From Solirubrobacteraceae bacterium (GTDB taxonomy: Bacteria; Actinomycetota; Thermoleophilia; Solirubrobacterales; Solirubrobacteraceae): a stretch of 61,473 nt of DNA. Of the stretch, positions 60,211-61,473 are shown in pieces; position 1 is the first letter of the stretch, and every line of letters starts with the position of its first letter. Location: positions 1 through 61,473 of the forward strand of contig JBEVIG010000158.1 in NCBI GenBank assembly GCA_040510855.1. Reading direction: 5' to 3'. The notes below the pieces were generated by a model. It was not told where the DNA came from and did no database searches. It was given only the letters and a program-made list of their open reading frames with translations. A program made the translations under genes and the position numbers.

Positions 60211-60999
60211 TCAGCCGCACGAGTCCGGCGCGTCCACCTCGAAGGGCGGGGTCACGCTCGTCTGATCGATGGAGATGTTCGGGTGGGTGACGTGGTAGTC
60301 GTTGTTGCAGAGCAGGTTGAGCTGCACGTTCAGGTTGCCGTATCCGTCCACCCGCGCGTCGATCTCCTCGCCCTGGCCGGTGTTCCCCGGCACCTGCGGC
60401 GCGAAGCCCGTCACGTCGCTCCCCGCGGGCAGGCCGGATCCCTCGAGGGTGCCCCAGCACGTCGTGCTGGAGTCGGCCGGGCAGGGGTAGGTGCTCTGCT
60501 CGACGTCCAGGGAAGGCTGCGGGGTGGCCTGGATCGTCAGCGACGCGGGCCCGAACGAGCTCGCCTTCTGCGCGGCGCGGGCGGCGCTGCCGGGCACCCG
60601 CCCGTCGTTGATCGGCTTCGCCCGGTAGCTGACCGTGCGGCGCGCGCGGTCGTAGCGCGGGCGGCTCAGCGTGAACGCCAGCTCGTCCCCGCCGTGATGG
60701 CCGGCCACCTGCAGCGTCCCGGTCGCCACCGGCGTGTCCGCGGAGAAGATCCTGCGGTGCATCCGCTTGACCGCCATCACGCCCGAGCGGCCGCTGTGGT
60801 GGGCCCAGGTCAGCCGCCGCGAGACGCCGTGCAACGTCAGCCTGCCGCCGCCCAGCTCGCCGCTCGTGGCGGAATGCAGGAACACCGTGCCCTCGCGCGG
60901 CGGCGCCTTGGCGGGGGCGGGTGCGGTCGCGAGGAGCGCGACGAGCACGCCTGCGCACACCCCGGGCACGACACGCGACCAGGTCCTCATGGCGAACAT
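60211..60999 (-). CDS. Secreted hypothetical protein
   Basis: ATG 60999 follows GAGAGGAGA. Signal peptide MFAMRTWSRVVPGVCAGVLVALLATAPAPAKA. Cys-containing C-terminal domain. Confidence 0.65.
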   Translation of the reverse strand: MFAMRTWSRVVPGVCAGVLVALLATAPAPAKAPPREGTVFLHSATSGELGGGRLTLHGVSRRLTWAHHSGRSGVMAVKRMHRRIFSADTPVATGTLQVAGHHGGDELAFTLSRPRYDRARRTVSYRAKPINDGRVPGSAARAAQKASSFGPASLTIQATPQPSLDVEQSTYPCPADSSTTCWGTLEGSGLPAGSDVTGFAPQVPGNTGQGEEIDARVDGYGNLNVQLNLLCNNDYHVTHPNISIDQTSVTPPFEVDAPDSCG

Positions 61000-61163
61000 C
61001 GCACCGTCTCCTCTCACCGACGTATCCATTGCCGCATCATCTCGCGCGGTGCTGACGCCGCGCCGACTTCCGAATCGGGCTGAGTCTCCCATGCGACCGC
61101 AACGTCGGCGCGCCGACGTCGGCGCGGCGACACCGGAGCTTCGCTGAGCGCGCGGGCGCGGGC

Positions 61164-61352
61164 ATGGTGGCGGTGATGAACGACTCTCATGCGACACGAA
61201 TGGACGAGGACGGCGTCACGGGCGACGAGCGGCCGCTGCCGACGCGCTTCGGCCGCGACAAGACCGGCGGCTTAACGCGACCGGAGCCGGCGGAGGCCGA
61301 CGAGCGCGCCGTGGCCGACGAGCTGGTCTTCGAGGACGACGGCGGGCTCTGA
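61164..61352 (+). CDS. Possible small acidic protein
   Basis: 62-aa ORF with GC-rich third positions. No domain. Adjacent to the low-complexity contig end. Confidence 0.3.
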   Translation: MVAVMNDSHATRMDEDGVTGDERPLPTRFGRDKTGGLTRPEPAEADERAVADELVFEDDGGL

Positions 61353-61473
61353 GTCGGGGGGCCGCCCCCCCCCGCCGCCCCGGCGGGCGGCCCGAGCCAA
61401 CCAACACCCCCCGCAAACCCCCCCCCCCCCCCCCCCCAACAAAACAAAGAGCCCACACGACGCCCAAAAGGCG
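61353..61473. other. C-rich low-complexity terminal sequence with a C20 homopolymer (61418-61437)
   Basis: Also a C9 run at 61365-61373. Almost G- and T-free after 61400. Composition is unlike the rest of the window. Confidence 0.7.

Noticed and set aside
1-61473. Search for mobile elements, prophage genes, toxin-antitoxin pairs, CRISPR-Cas, reverse transcriptases or known defence systems.
   Set aside because: No transposase (DDE), integrase, recombinase, RT (YxDD), Cas, restriction-modification or classical toxin motifs appeared in any credible frame. The STAND-type ATPases here carry SARP or LuxR DNA-binding domains and look like transcription regulators, not Avs-like defence proteins.

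Overview
Very GC-rich, gene-dense chromosomal DNA of actinobacterial type: GTG starts are common, operons show GTGA/ATGA start-stop overlaps, and there are SARP, LuxR-STAND, ECF-sigma and Ser/Thr-kinase/FHA regulators. I call about 60 protein-coding genes. I found no rRNA, tRNA, CRISPR array, transposase, integrase or reverse transcriptase. All family assignments come from motifs I recognised by eye in the supplied translations; no database search was run. Layout from left to right: (1) 0.9-4.7 kb is a lower-GC islet with orphan secreted proteins, a repeated intergenic element and a 1.47-kb gene-free, hairpin-dense gap. (2) 4.7-9.5 kb is a translationally coupled operon of four glycosyltransferases ending in a tandem-STAS protein. 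(3) 10.7-13.6 kb holds a DUF1059-like protein, a SARP regulator, a kinase C-lobe remnant and a secreted glycine-rich/RTX-like protein. (4) 13.7-26.8 kb is a catabolic and uptake island: FAD oxidase, GntR regulator, Fe-ADH, C-C hydrolase-like enzyme, DJ-1/PfpI, aldehyde dehydrogenase, a sugar-type ABC transporter with two ATPases, and a DeoR regulator. (5) Next come a SulP transporter and an OmpA-domain protein whose N-terminal LQRSAGNAAV motif also occurs in the kinase remnant, coupled to a HEAT-like protein. (6) A 1544-aa regulator with five modules (SARP, alpha/beta-hydrolase, degenerate cyclase, AAA, TPR) sits divergent from an SBP56-type selenium-binding or methanethiol-oxidase-like gene. 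(7) A BNR-like lipoprotein, a kinase with a beta-propeller and an FHA-LuxR regulator form a signalling module. (8) 47-60 kb has two inverted paralogous LuxR-STAND regulators flanking a small cassette, two pairs of paralogous small proteins, a short ECF sigma, an orphan divergent transcarbamylase, an animal-type heme peroxidase and an LtrA-like protein. The last ~120 nt are C-rich low complexity including a C20 run and look like a contig-end artefact. No single textbook system stands out. The best novelty leads are the shared N-terminal motif pair, the five-module pseudo-cyclase regulator, the paralogous micro-ORFs and small membrane proteins around the LuxR/ECF region, the orphan transcarbamylase and the gene-free structured gap.
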